In this document: one piece after another, positions 23,901-38,300 of the stretch
How the letters are laid out: each line of letters begins with the position of its first letter
Numbering within the stretch: the first letter of the stretch is position 1
From: Eledone cirrhosa
Lineage: Eukaryota
DNA: 64,000 bases
Direction: 5' to 3'
Assembly: GCA_964016885.1 (NCBI GenBank)
Contig: OZ024744.1
Coordinates: forward strand, 42,966,001-43,030,000
The notes under the pieces: model-generated
The model's database searches: none
Told to the model about the DNA's origin: nothing
The model's input: only the letters and a program-made list of their open reading frames with translations
Program-made: the position numbers and the translations under genes

Positions 23901-26900
23901 TTTTGGAGTGCTCTGATGTTATATATCTGTAGTTAGACAACATATGGTAATGCGTTAGAGTGGTCTGATGTTATAAATCTGTAATTAGACAACATATAGT
24001 AATATGCTAGACTGGTCTGACGTTGTACCTCTGTAGTTAGACAACATATATTAATATGCTAGAGTGGTCTGACGTTGTACCTCTGTAATTAGACCACATA
24101 TAGTAATGTGTTAGAGTGGTCTGATACCTCTGTAGTTAGAAAACATATATTAATGTGTTAGACTGGTCTGATGTTATACCTCTGTAGTTAGACAACATAT
24201 AATAATGTACTAGACCGATCTGATGTTATACCTCTGTTCTTAAACAATATATAGTAATGTGTTAGTGTGCATTGATACCTCTGTAGTTAGACAACATATA
24301 GTAATGTGTTAGACTGGGCTGACGTTCTACCTCTATATTTAGACAAGATATAGTAATGTGTTAGAGTGGTCTCATGTTATACATCTGTAGGTAGACAACA
24401 TATAGTAATGTGTTAGAGTGGTCTGACGTTGTACCTCTGTAGTTAGACAACATTTAGTAATGTGCTAGAGTGGTCTGATACCTCTGTAGTTAGTCAACAT
24501 ATAGTAATGTGTTAGACTGCTCTGACGTTATACCTCTGTAGATAGACAACATATAGCAATGTGTTAGAGTGGTCTGATACAGCTGCAGTTAGACAACATA
24601 TAGTAATGTACTAGAGTGGCCTGACGTCATATATCTGTAGTTAGACAACATATAGTAATGTGTTAGATTGGTCTGACGTTATACATCGGTAGTTAGACAA
24701 CATATAGTATTGTGTTAGAGTGGTCTGATGTTATACCTCTGTAGTTAGACAACATATAGTAATGTGTTAGAGTCGTCTGACGTTATATCTCTGTAGTTAG
24801 ACAACAAATAGTAATATGGTAGAGTGATCTGATGTTGTACCGCTGTAGTTAGACAAAATATACTAATGTGCTAGAGTGGTATGATGTTGTACCTCTGTAG
24901 CTAGACAACATATAGTAATGTATTAGTGTGATTTGACGTTGTACCTCTGTAGTAAAACAACATATAGTAATGTGTTAGTGTGGTCTGATGTTGTACCTCT
25001 GTAGGTAGACAACATATAGTAATGTGTTAGAGTGGTCTGACGATGTACCTCTGTAGTTAGACAACATATAGTAATGTGCTAGTGTGGTCTGATAAGTACC
25101 TCTGTAGTTAGACAACATATAGTAATGTGCTAGAGTGGTTTGACGTTATACCTCTGTAGTTAGAAAACATAGAGTAATGGGTTAGATTGGTCTGATGTTG
25201 TACCGCTGTAGTTAGAGAACATATAGTAATGTGCTAGAGTGGGCTGATGTTGTACCTCTGTAGTTAGAAACATATAATAATGTGCTAGAGTGCTTTGATA
25301 CCTGTATAGTTAGACAACATATAGTACTGTGTTAGACTGGTCTGAAGTTATACCTCTGTAGTTTGACAACCTGTAGTAATGTGTTAGACTCGTTTGAGGT
25401 AATACCTCTGTGGTTAGACAACATATAGCAATGTACTAGAGTGGTCTGATGTCTTACGTCTGTAGTTAGACAACATATAGTAATGTGTTAGAGTGGTCTG
25501 ACATTGTACCTCTGTAGTTAGATAAAATATAGTAATGTGCTAGTGTGGTCTGATGAGGTACCTCCGTAGTTAGACAACATATAGTAATGTGTTAGAGTGG
25601 TCTGACGTTGTACCTCTGTAGTTAGACAACATATAGTAATGTGCTAGAGTGGTATGATGTTGTACCTCTGTAGTTCGACCACATATAGTAATGCATTAGA
25701 GTGGTCTGACGTGTACCTCTGTAGTTAGACACATATAGTGATGTGTTAGACTGGTCTGACGTTGTACCTCTGTAGTTGGACCACATATCGTAATGCGTTA
25801 GAGTGTTCTGATACCTCTGTAGTTAGACAAAATATAGTAATGTGTTATAGTAGTCTGATGTTGTACCTCTGTAGGTAGACAACATATAGTAATGTGCTAC
25901 ATTGGTCTGATGTTGTATATCTGTAGTTAGACAACATATAGTAATGTGCTAGAATGGTATGATGTTGTACCGCTGTAGTTAGACCAGATATAGTAATGTG
26001 TTAGAGGGGTCTAATACCTCTGAAGTTAGAGAACATATAGTAATGTGTTACACTGGTCTGATGTTATACCTCTGTAGTTAGACCACATATAGTAATGGGT
26101 TAGATTGGTCTGCTGTTGTACCGCTGTAGTTAGAGAACATATAGTAATGTGCTAGAGTGGGCTGACGTTGTACCTTTCTAGTTAGACAACATACAGTAAT
26201 GTGTTAGAATGATCTGACCTTGTACCACTGTAGTTAGACAACATATATAATGTGCTAGAGTGGTATGATCTTGTACCTCTGTAGTTGGAAAACATATAGT
26301 AATGTCCTAGAGTGCTTTGATATCTCTATAGTTAGACAAAATATAGTAATGTGTTACACTGGTCTGACGTTATACCTCTATAGTTAGACAACATATAGTA
26401 ATGTGCTATAGTGCTTTGATACCTCTATAGTTAGACAACATGTAGTAATGTGTTAGACTCGTTTGAGGTAATACCTCTGTAGTTAGACAAGATATAGTAA
26501 TGTACTAGAGTGGTCTGATGTTATACCTCTGTAGGTAGACATCATATAGTAATGTGTGAGAGTGGTCTGACGATGTACCTCTGTAGTTAGACAACATATA
26601 GTAATGTGCAAGTGTGGTCTGATGAGGTACCTGCGTAGTTAGACAACGTATAGTAATGTGTTAGAGTGGTCTGACGTTGTACCTCTATATTTCAACAAAA
26701 TATAGTAACGTGTTAAACTGGTCTGATTTTATCCCTCTGTAGATAGACAACATATAATAATGTGCTAGAGTAGTCTGACGTTGTACCTCTGTAAGTAGAC
26801 AACATATAGTAATGTGTTAGAGTGGTCTGATACAGTTGCAGTTAGACAACATATAGTAATGTACTAGAGTGGCCTGACGTTGTACATCTTTAGTTAGACA

Positions 26901-29342
26901 ACATATAGTAATGTGATTGACTGGTGTGACGTTATACATCTGTAGTTAGACAACATATAGTAATGCTTTAGATTGGTCTGATGTTGTACATCTGTAGTTA
27001 GACAACATATAGTAATGTGTTAGAGTGGTCTGACGTTACACTTCTGTAGTTAGACAACATATAATAATGTGCTAGACTGGTATGATGTTGTACCTCAGTA
27101 GTTAGACAACATATAGTAATATATTAGAGTGGTCTGACGTTGTACCTCTGTAGTTAGACAACATATAGTAATTAACTACAGTGGTCTGACTTTGAACCTC
27201 TCTAATTAGACAACATATAGTAATGTGTTAGACCGGTCTGACGTTATGCCTCTGTAGTTAGAAAACATAGTAATTAACTACAGTGGTCTGACTTTGAACC
27301 TCTCTAATTAGACAACATATAGTAATGTGTTAGACCGGTCTGACGTTATACCTCTGTAGTTAGAAAACAGTAATTAACTACAGTGGTCTGACGTTGAACC
27401 TCTCTAGTTAGACAACATACAGTAATGTGTTAGAATGTTCTGACGTTGAACCTCTGTAGTTGGACCACATATAGTAATGTGTTACAGTGGTCTGACCTGG
27501 TACCTCTGTAGTTAGACAAAATACTGTAATATGTTAGACTGGTCTAGTTTATACCTCTGTAGTTAGACAACATATAGCAATGCTCTAGAGTGCATTGATA
27601 CCTCTGTAGTTAAACTATAGTTAAACTGGGCTGAGATTATAAGTTATAGTAATGTTTTAGAGTGGTCTGATGTTATACATCTGTAGTTAGACAACATATA
27701 GTTATATGTTAGTGTGGTCTGATGTTTTACCTCTATAGTTAGACAACATATAGTAATGTGTGAGACTGGTCTGACGTTATACATCTATAGTTAGACAACA
27801 TATAGTAATCTGTTAGAGTAGTCTAATGTTATACATCTGTAGTTAGACAACATATAGTATTGTTTTAGAGTGGTCCGACGATGTACCTCTGTAGTTAGAC
27901 AACATATAGTAATGTGCTAGTGTGGTCCGATGAGGTCCCTCCGTAGTTAGACAACATATAGTAATGTGTTAGAGTGGTCTGATGTTATACATCTGTAGTT
28001 AGACAACATATAGTAATGTGTTAGATTGGTCTGATGTTATAAATCTGTAGTTAGACAATGTTTATTAATGTGCTAGACTGGTCTGACGTTGTACCTCTGT
28101 AGTTAGCCAACATATAGTAATGTGCTATAGTAGTCTGATGATGTACCGCTGAAGTTAGACAACATATAGCAATGTGCTAGACTGGTCTGACGTTGTACCT
28201 CTGTAGTTAGACAACATATAGTAATGTGCTAGAGTGCATTAATACCTCTGAAGTTAGACAACATATAGTAATGTGTTAAACTGGGCTGAGATTATACCTG
28301 AATAGTTAGACCAGATATGGCAATGTGTTAGAGTGGTCCGATACCTCTGAAGTTAGACAACATATAGTAATGTGTTACACGGGTCTGATGTTATACCTCT
28401 GTAGTTAGACAACATATAGTAGAGTGTTAGAGTGGTCTGACGTTCTACCTCTGTAGTTAGACAACATAGAGTAATGTGTTACAGTGGTAATATGTACCTC
28501 TGTAGTTAGATAACATATAGTAATGTGTTAGAGTGGTCTGACTTTATACCTTTGTAGTTAGACAATATATAGTAATGGGTTAGAGTGGTCTGACGTTATA
28601 CCTCTGTAGTTAGAAAACATAGAGTAATATGCTAGATTGGTCTGCTGTTGTACCGCTGTAGTTAGAGAACATATAGTAATGTGCTAGAGTCGGCTGACGT
28701 TGTACCTCTCTACTTAGACAACATACAGTAACGTGTTATAATGATCTGACCTTGTACCTCTGTAGTTAGACAAAATATAGTAATGTGTTAGACTGGTCTG
28801 ACGTTATACCTCAATAGTTAGACAACATATAGTAATGTGTTAGACTGGTCTGACGTTATAACTCTGTAGTTAGACAACATATAGTAATGTGTTAGACTGG
28901 TCTGACGTTATAACTCTGTAGTTATCAAAATATAGTAATGAGTTAGTGTCGTCTGATGTTATACAACTGTAGTTAGACAAAATATAGTAATGTGTTACAG
29001 TGGTCTGATGTTATAAATCTGTAGTTAGACAACATATAGTAATGTGTTACAGTGGTCTGATGTTGTACCTCTGTAGTTGGAAAACATAGAGTAATGTGTT
29101 ACAGTGGTCTGATGTTATAAATCTGTAGTTAGACAACATATAGTAATGTGTTACAGTGGTCTGATGTTGTACCTCTGTAGTTAGACAACATATAGTAATG
29201 TGTTAGAGTGGTCTGATACAGCTGCAGTTAGACAACATATAGTAACGTATCAAATTGGTCTGACGTTGTACCTCCGTAATTAGACCACATATATTTATGT
29301 GTTAGAGTGTTCTGATACCTCTATAGTTAGACAAAATATAAT

Positions 29343-32300
29343 AATGTGTTAGAGTGGTCTGACGTTGTACCTCTGTACTTAGACCACATATAGTAATGTG
29401 TTAGAGTGTTCTGATACATCTTTAGTTAGCCAACATATAGTAATGTGTTAGAGTAGTCTGGTGTTGTACCTATGTAGTTAGACAACATATAGTAATGTGT
29501 TAGAGTGTTCTGATAACTCTGTAGTTAGACAAAATATAGTAATGTGTTAGAGTGGTCTGACGTTGTACCTCTGTAGTTAGACCACATATAGTAATGTGTT
29601 AGAGTGTTCTGATACCTCTGTAGTTAGCCAACATATAGTAATGTGTTAGAGTAGTCTGGTGTTGTACCTATGTAGTTAGACAACATATAGTAATGTGTTA
29701 GAGTGGTATCATGTTGTACCTCTATAGTTAGACAACATATAGTAACGTGTAAGAGTGGTCTGACGTTGTACCTCTGTAGTTAGACAACATATAGTAATGT
29801 GTTAGAGTGGTCTCACGTTGTACCTCTGTAGTTAGACAACATATAGTAATGTGCTAGAGTGCTTTCATACCTCTATAATTAAACAACATATAGTAATTTG
29901 TTAGACTGGTCTGACGTTATACCTCTATAGGTAGACAACATATAGTAATGTGTTAGTGTGTATGATAAGATACCTCCGTAGTTAGACAACATATAGCAAT
30001 GTGTTAGACTGGTCTGACGTTTTACCACTGTAGTTAGACAACATATAGTAATGTGCTGATACCTCTGTAGTTAGACAACATATAGTAATGTGTTAGACAT
30101 GTCTGGGGTTGTACTTCTGTAGGTAGACAACACATAGCAATGTATTAGACTGGTCTGATATTATGTGCAAGAGTGGTCTGTCGTTGTACCTCTGTAGTGA
30201 GACAACATATAGTAATGTGTTAGTGTGGTCTGATGTTTTAACTATATAGTTAGACAACTTATAGTAATGTGTTAGACAGTTTTGACGTTATACCTCTGTA
30301 GTTAGACATCATATAGTATTGTGTTAACTTGTCTGCCGTTTTATCTCTGTAGTTAGACAACACATAGTAGTGTGTTAGACTGGTCTGACGTTATACCTCT
30401 ATAGTTAGACAAAATATAGTAATGCGTTAGAGTGGTCTGATGTTATACATCTGTAGTTAGACAACATATAGTAATGTGTTAGAGTGGTTGAATGTTATAA
30501 ATATGTAGTTAGACAACATATATTAATGTGCTAGTCTGATCTGACGTTGTACCTCTGTAGTCAGACAACATATAGTAATGTGTTAGAGTAGTCTGACATT
30601 ATACCTCTGTAGTTAGACAACATATAGTAATGTGTTAGAGTGGTCTGACGCTATACCTTTGTAGTTACACAATATATAGTAATTGGTTAGAATGGTCTGA
30701 TGTTGCACCGCTGTAGGTAAGGAACATATAGTAATGTGCAAGAGTGGGCTGACGTTGTACCTCTGTAGTTAGACAACATATAGTAATGTGTTAGAGAGTT
30801 CTGATACCTCTGTAGTTAGACAACATATAGTAATGTGTAAGATTTCGCTGACGTTGTACCTCTGTAGTTAGACAACACATAGCAATGTATTAGACTGGTC
30901 TGACGTTATACCTTTGTAGTTATACAAAATAAAGTAATGCGTTAGAGTGGTCTGATGTTATACCTCTGTAGTTAGACAACATATAGTAATGTGTTAGAGT
31001 GCATTGATACCTCTGTCGTTAGACCACATATAGTAATGTGTTAGAGTGTTCTGATACCTCTATAGTTAGACAAGATATAGTAATGGGCTAGAATGGTCTG
31101 ATGTTATACATCTGTAGTTAGACAACATTGTGTAAGAATGGTCTGATGTTATACCTCTGTAGGTAGACAACATATAGTAATGGGTTAGAGTGGTCCGACG
31201 TTGTACCTCTGTAGCTAGACAACATATAGTAATGTGCTAGAGTGTTACGATGTTGACCGTCTGTAGTTAGACCACATATAGTAATGTGTTAGAGTGTTCT
31301 GATACATCTGTAGTTAGCCAACATATAGTAATGTGTTAGAGTAGTCTGGTGTTGTACCTCTGTAGTTAGACAACATATAGTAATGTGTTAGAGTGGTCTG
31401 GCGTTGTTCCTATGTAGTTAGACAACTTATAGTAATGTGCTAGAGTGCTTTCATACCTCTATAGTTAAACAACATATAGTAATGTGTTAGACTGGTCTGA
31501 CGTTATACCTCTATAGGTAGACAACATATATTAATGTGTTAGTGTGTATGATAAGATACCTCCGTAGTTACACAACATATAGCAATGTGTTAGACTGGTC
31601 TGACGTTTTACCACTGTAGTTAGACAACATATAGTAATGTGTTAGACATGTCTGGCGTTGTACTTCTGTAGGTAGACAACATATAGCAATGTGTTAGACT
31701 GGTCTGACGTTTTACCACTGTAGTTAGACAACATATAGTAATGTGTTAGAGTGCATTGATACCTCTGTCGTTAGACCACATATAGTTAGAGTGTTCTGAT
31801 ACCTCTATAGTTAGACAAGATATAGTAATGGGTTAGAATGGTCTGATGTTATACATCTGTAGGTAGACAACATATAGTAATGTGTTAGAATGGTCTGATG
31901 TTATACATCTGTAGGTAAACAACATATAGTAATGGGTTAGAGTGGACTGACGTTGTACCTCTGTAGGTAGACAACATATAGTAATGTACTAGAGTGTATG
32001 ATGTTGACCGTCTGTAGTTAGACCACATATAGTAATGTCTTAGAGTGTTCTGATACCTCTGTAGGTAGCCAACATATAGTAATGTGTTAGAATAGTCTGG
32101 TGTTGTACCTCTGTAGTTAGACAACATATAGTAATGTGTTAGATTGGTATGATGTTGTACCTCTATAGTTAGACAACATATAGTAATGTGTAAGAGTGGT
32201 CTGACGTTGTACCTCTGTAGTTATACAACATATAGTAATGTGTTAGAGTGGTCTGACGTTGTACCTCTGTAGTTAGACAACTTATAGTAATGTGCTAGAG

Positions 32301-35300
32301 TGCTTTCATTCCTCTATAGTTAAACAACATATAGTAATGTGTTAGACTGGTCTGACGTTATACCTCTATAGGTAGACAACATATAATAACGTGTTAGTGT
32401 GTATGATAAGATACCTCCGTAGTTAGACAACATATAGCAATGTGTTAGACTGGTCTGACGTTTTACCACTGTAGTTAGACAACATATAGTAATGTGTTAG
32501 GCATGTTTGGCGTTGTACTTCTGTAGGTAGACAACACATAGCAATGTATTAGACTGGTCTGATATTATACCTCTGTAGTTAGACAAAATATAGTAATGGG
32601 TTAGAGTGGTGTGATGTTATACCTCTGTAGTTAGACAACATATAGTAATATGCTAGAGTGGTGTGACGTTTTACCTCTGTAGTTAGACAACATGGAGTAA
32701 TGTGCTGGATTGCTCTAACGTTGTACCTCTCTAGTTAAGCAGCATATAGTAATGTGCTAGAGTGGTCTGCCGTTGTACGTCTGTAGTGAGAAAACATATA
32801 GTAATGAACTACAGTGGTCTGACGTTGAACCTCTTTAGTTAGATAATATACAATAATGTGTTAGAGTGGTCTGACGTGTACATCTGTAGTTAGACAACAG
32901 ACAGTAATGTGCTAGTGTGGTCTGATGATGTACCTACGTAGTTAGACAAAAATATAGCAATGTGTTAGACTGGTCTGATGTTATACCTCTGTAGTTAGAC
33001 AACATATAGTATTGTATTAGACTTGTCTGCCGTTGTACCCCTGTAGTTAGACAACATATAGTAATGTGTTAGAGTGGTCTGATGTTATAAATCTGTAGTT
33101 AGACAACATATAGTAATGTGTTAGAGTGGTATGATGTACCTCTGTAGTTAGATATCATATAGTAATGTGTTAGAATGGTCTAACGCTATACCTTTGTAGT
33201 TAAACAATATATAGTAATGGGTTAGAATGGCCTGATGTTGTACCGCTGTAGGTACGGAACATATAGTAATGTGCAAGACTGGGCTTACGTTGTACCTCTG
33301 TAGTTAGACAACATATAGTAATGTGTAAGATTTGGCTGACGTTGTACCTCTGTAGTTAGACAACACATAGCAATGTATTAGACTGGTCTGACGTTATACC
33401 TTTGTAGTTATACAAAATAAAGTAATGCGTTAGAGTGGTCTGATGTTATACCTCTGTAGTTAGACAACATATAGTAATGTGTTAGAGTGTTCTGATACCT
33501 CTGTAGTTAGACAAAATATAGTAATGTGTTAGAGTGGTCTGGTGTTATACCTCTGTAGTTAGACAACATATAGTAGTGTGTTAGAGTGGTTTGACGTTGT
33601 ACCTCTGTAGTTAGACAACATATAATAATGTGCTAAAGTGGTATGATGTTGTACCTCTATAGTTACACAACATATAGTAATGTGTAAGATTCGGCTAACG
33701 TTGTACCTCTGTAGTTAGACAACATATAGTAATCTGTTAGAGTGGTCTGACATTGTACCTCTGTAGTTAGACAACACATAGCAATGTATTAGACTGGTCT
33801 GGCGTTATACCTTTGTAGTTATACAAAATAAAGTAATGCGTTAGAGTGGTCTGATGTTATACCTCTGTAGTTAGACAACATATAGTAATATGTTAGAGTG
33901 CATTGATACCTCTGTCGTTAGACCACATGTAGTAATGTGTTAGAGTGTTCTGATACCTCTATAGTTAGACAAGATATAGTAATGGGTTAGAATGGTCTGA
34001 TGTTATACATCTGTAGGTAGACAACATATAGTAATGTGTTAGAATGGTCTGATGTTATACATCTGTAGGTAAACAACATATAGTAATGGGTTAGAGTGGA
34101 CTGACGTTGTACCTCTGTAGGTAGACAACATATAGTAATGTACTAGAGTGTATGATGTTGACCGTCTGTAGTTAGACCACATATAGTAATGTGTTAGAGT
34201 GTTCTGATACCTCTGTAGTTAGCCAACATATAGTAATGTGTTAGAATAGTCTGGTGTTGTACCTCTGTAGTTAGACAACATATAGTAATGTGTTAGATTG
34301 GTATGATGTTGTACCTCTATAGTTAGACAACATATAGTAATGTGTAAGAGTGGTCTGACGTTGTACCTCTGTAGTTATACAACATATAGTAATGTGTTAG
34401 AGTGGTCTGACGTTGTACCTCTGTAGTTAGACAACTTATAGTAATGTGCTAGAGTGCTTTCATTCCTCTATAGTTAAACAACATATAGTAATGTGTTAGA
34501 CTGGTCTGACGTTATACCTCTATAGGTAGACAACATATAATAACGTGTTAGTGTGTATGATAAGATACCTCCGTAGTTAGACAACATATAGCAATGTGTT
34601 AGACTGGTCTGACGTTTTACCACTGTAGTTAGACAACATATAGTAATGTGTTAGGCATGTTTGGCGTTGTACTTCTGTAGGTAGACAACACATAGCAATG
34701 TATTAGACTGGTCTGATATTATACCTCTGTAGTTAGACAAAATATAGTAATGGGTTAGAGTGGTGTGATGTTATACCTCTGTAGTTAGACAACATATAGT
34801 AATATGCTAGAGTGGTGTGACGTTTTACCTCTGTAGTTAGACAACATGGAGTAATGTGCTGGATTGCTCTAACGTTGTACCTCTCTAGTTAAGCAGCATA
34901 TAGTAATGTGCTAGAGTGGTCTGCCGTTGTACGTCTGTAGTGAGAAAACATATAGTAATGAACTACAGTGGTCTGACGTTGAACCTCTTTAGTTAGATAA
35001 TATACAATAATGTGTTAGAGTGGTCTGACGTGTACATCTGTAGTTAGACAACAGACAGTAATGTGCTAGTGTGGTCTGATGATGTACCTACGTAGTTAGA
35101 CAAAAATATAGCAATGTGTTAGACTGGTCTGATGTTATACCTCTGTAGTTAGACAACATATAGTATTGTATTAGACTTGTCTGCCGTTGTACCCCTGTAG
35201 TTAGACAACATATAGTAATGTGTTAGAGTGGTCTGATGTTATAAATCTGTAGTTAGACAACATATAGTAATGTGTTAGAGTGGTATGATGTACCTCTGTA

Positions 35301-38300
35301 GTTAGATATCATATAGTAATGTGTTAGAATGGTCTAACGCTATACCTTTGTAGTTAAACAATATATAGTAATGGGTTAGAATGGCCTGATGTTGTACCGC
35401 TGTAGGTACGGAACATATAGTAATGTGCAAGACTGGGCTTACGTTGTACCTCTGTAGTTAGACAACATATAGTAATGTGTAAGATTTGGCTGACGTTGTA
35501 CCTCTGTAGTTAGACAACACATAGCAATGTATTAGACTGGTCTGACGTTATACCTTTGTAGTTATACAAAATAAAGTAATGCGTTAGAGTGGTCTGATGT
35601 TATACCTCTGTAGTTAGACAACATATAGTAATGTGTTAGAGTGTTCTGATACCTCTGTAGTTAGACAAAATATAGTAATGTGTTAGAGTGGTCTGGTGTT
35701 ATACCTCTGTAGTTAGACAACATATAGTAGTGTGTTAGAGTGGTTTGACGTTGTACCTCTGTAGTTAGACAACATATAATAATGTGCTAAAGTGGTATGA
35801 TGTTGTACCTCTATAGTTACACAACATATAGTAATGTGTAAGATTCGGCTAACGTTGTACCTCTGTAGTTAGACAACATATAGTAATCTGTTAGAGTGGT
35901 CTGACATTGTACCTCTGTAGTTAGACAACACATAGCAATGTATTAGACTGGTCTGGCGTTATACCTTTGTAGTTATACAAAATAAAGTAATGCGTTAGAG
36001 TGGTCTGATGTTATACCTCTGTAGTTAGACAACATATAGTAATATGTTAGAGTGCATTGATACCTCTGTCGTTAGACCACATGTAGTAATGTGTTAGAGT
36101 GTTCTGATACCTCTATAGTTAGACAAGATATAGTAATAGGTTAGAATGGTCTGATGTTATACATCTGTAGTTAGACAACATATGTGTTAGAATGGTCTAA
36201 TGTTATACATCTGTAGGTAGACAACATATAGTAATGTGTTAGAGTGGTCTGATGTTATACCTCTGTAGGTAGACAACACATAGTAATGGGTTAGAGTGGT
36301 CTGACATTGTACCTCTGTAGGTAGACAACATATAGTAATGTACTAGAGTGGTATGATGTTGACCGTCTGTAGTTAGACCACATATAGTAATGTGTTAGAG
36401 TGTTCTGATACCTCTGTAGTTAGCCAACATATAGTAATGTGTTAGAGTAGTCTGGTGTTGTACCTCTGTAGTTAGACAACATATAGTAATGTGTTAGAGT
36501 GGTATGATGTTGTACCTCTATAGTTAGACAACATATAGTGATGTGTAAGAGTGGTCTGACGTTGTACCTCTGTAGTTATACAACATATATTAATGTGTTA
36601 GAATGGTCTGACGTTGTACCTCTGTAGTTAGATAACTTATAGTAATGTGCTAGAGTGCTTTCATACCTCTATAGTTAAACAACATATAGTAATGTGTTAG
36701 ACTGGTCTGACGTTATACCTCTATAGGTAGACAACATATAGTAATGTGTTAGTGTGTATGATAAGATACCTACGTAGTTAGACAACATATAGCAATGTGT
36801 TAGACTGGTCTGACGTTTTACCACTGTATTTAGACAACATATAGTAATGTGTTAGACATGTCTGGTGTTGTACTTCTGTAGGTAGACAACACATAGCAAT
36901 GTATTAGACTGGTCTGATATTATACCTCTGTAGTTAGACAAAATATAGTAATGGGTTAGAGTGGTGTGATGTTATACCTCTGTAGTTAGATAACATATAG
37001 TAATATGCTAGAGTGGTGTGACTTTTTACCTCTGTAGTTAGACAACATGGAGTAACGTGCTAGATTGTTCTAAAGTTGTACCTCTATAGTTAAGCAACAT
37101 ATAGTAATGAACTACAGTGGTCTGACGTTGAACCTCTCTAGTTAGATAATATACAGTAATGTGTTAGAGTGGGATGACGTGTACATCTGTAGTTAGACAA
37201 CATACAGTAATGTGCTAGTGTGGTCTGATGAGGTACCTACGTAGTTAGACAAAAATATAGCAATGTGTTAGACTGGTCTGATGTTATACCTCTGTAGTTA
37301 GACAACATATAGTATTATATTAGACTTGTCTGCCGTTGTACCTATGTAGTTAGACAACATATAGTAATGTGTTAGAGTGGTCTGATGTTATAAATCTGTA
37401 GTTAGATAACATATAGTAATGTGCTAGACTGGTCTAACGTTGTACCTGTGTAGTTAGACAACATATAGCAATATGTTAGAGTGGTCTGATGTTATACGTC
37501 TGTAGTTAGACCACATATAGTAATGTGTTAGAATGGTCTAATACCTCTAAAGTTAGACAACATATAGTAATGTGTTACACTGGTCTGATCTTATACCTCT
37601 GTATTGAGACCACATATAGTAGTGTGTTAGAGTGGTCTGACGTTGTACCTCTGTAGGTAGATAACATATAGTAATGTGTTAGTGTGGTCTGATACAGCTG
37701 CAGTTAGACAACATATAGTAATGTACTAGAGTGGCCTGACGTCATGCATCTGTAGTTAGACAACATATAGTAATGTGTTAGAGTGGTTTGAAGTTGTACC
37801 TCTGTAGTTAGACAACATATAGTAATATGCTAGAGTGGTATGATGTTATACCTCTGTAGTTAGACAACATAGAGAAATATATTAGAGTGGTCTGACGTTG
37901 TACATCTGTAGTTCTACCACATATAGTAATATGCTAGAATGATCTGATGTTGTACCGCTGTAGTTAGAAAACATATAGTAATCTGTTAGAGTGGTCTGAC
38001 ATTGTACCTCTGTAGTTAGCCAACACATAGCAATGTATTAGACTGGTCTGACGTCATACCTTTGTAGTTATACAAAATAAAGTAATGCGTTAGAGTGGTC
38101 TGATGTTATACCTCTGTAGTTAGACAACATATAGTAATATGTTAGAGTGCATTGATACCTCTGTCGTTAGACCACATGTAGTAATGTGTTAGAGTGTTCT
38201 GATACCTCTATAGTTAGACAAGATATAGTAATGGGTTAGAATGGTCTGATGTTATACATCTGTAGTTAGACAAAATATGTGTTAGAATGGTCTGATGTTA

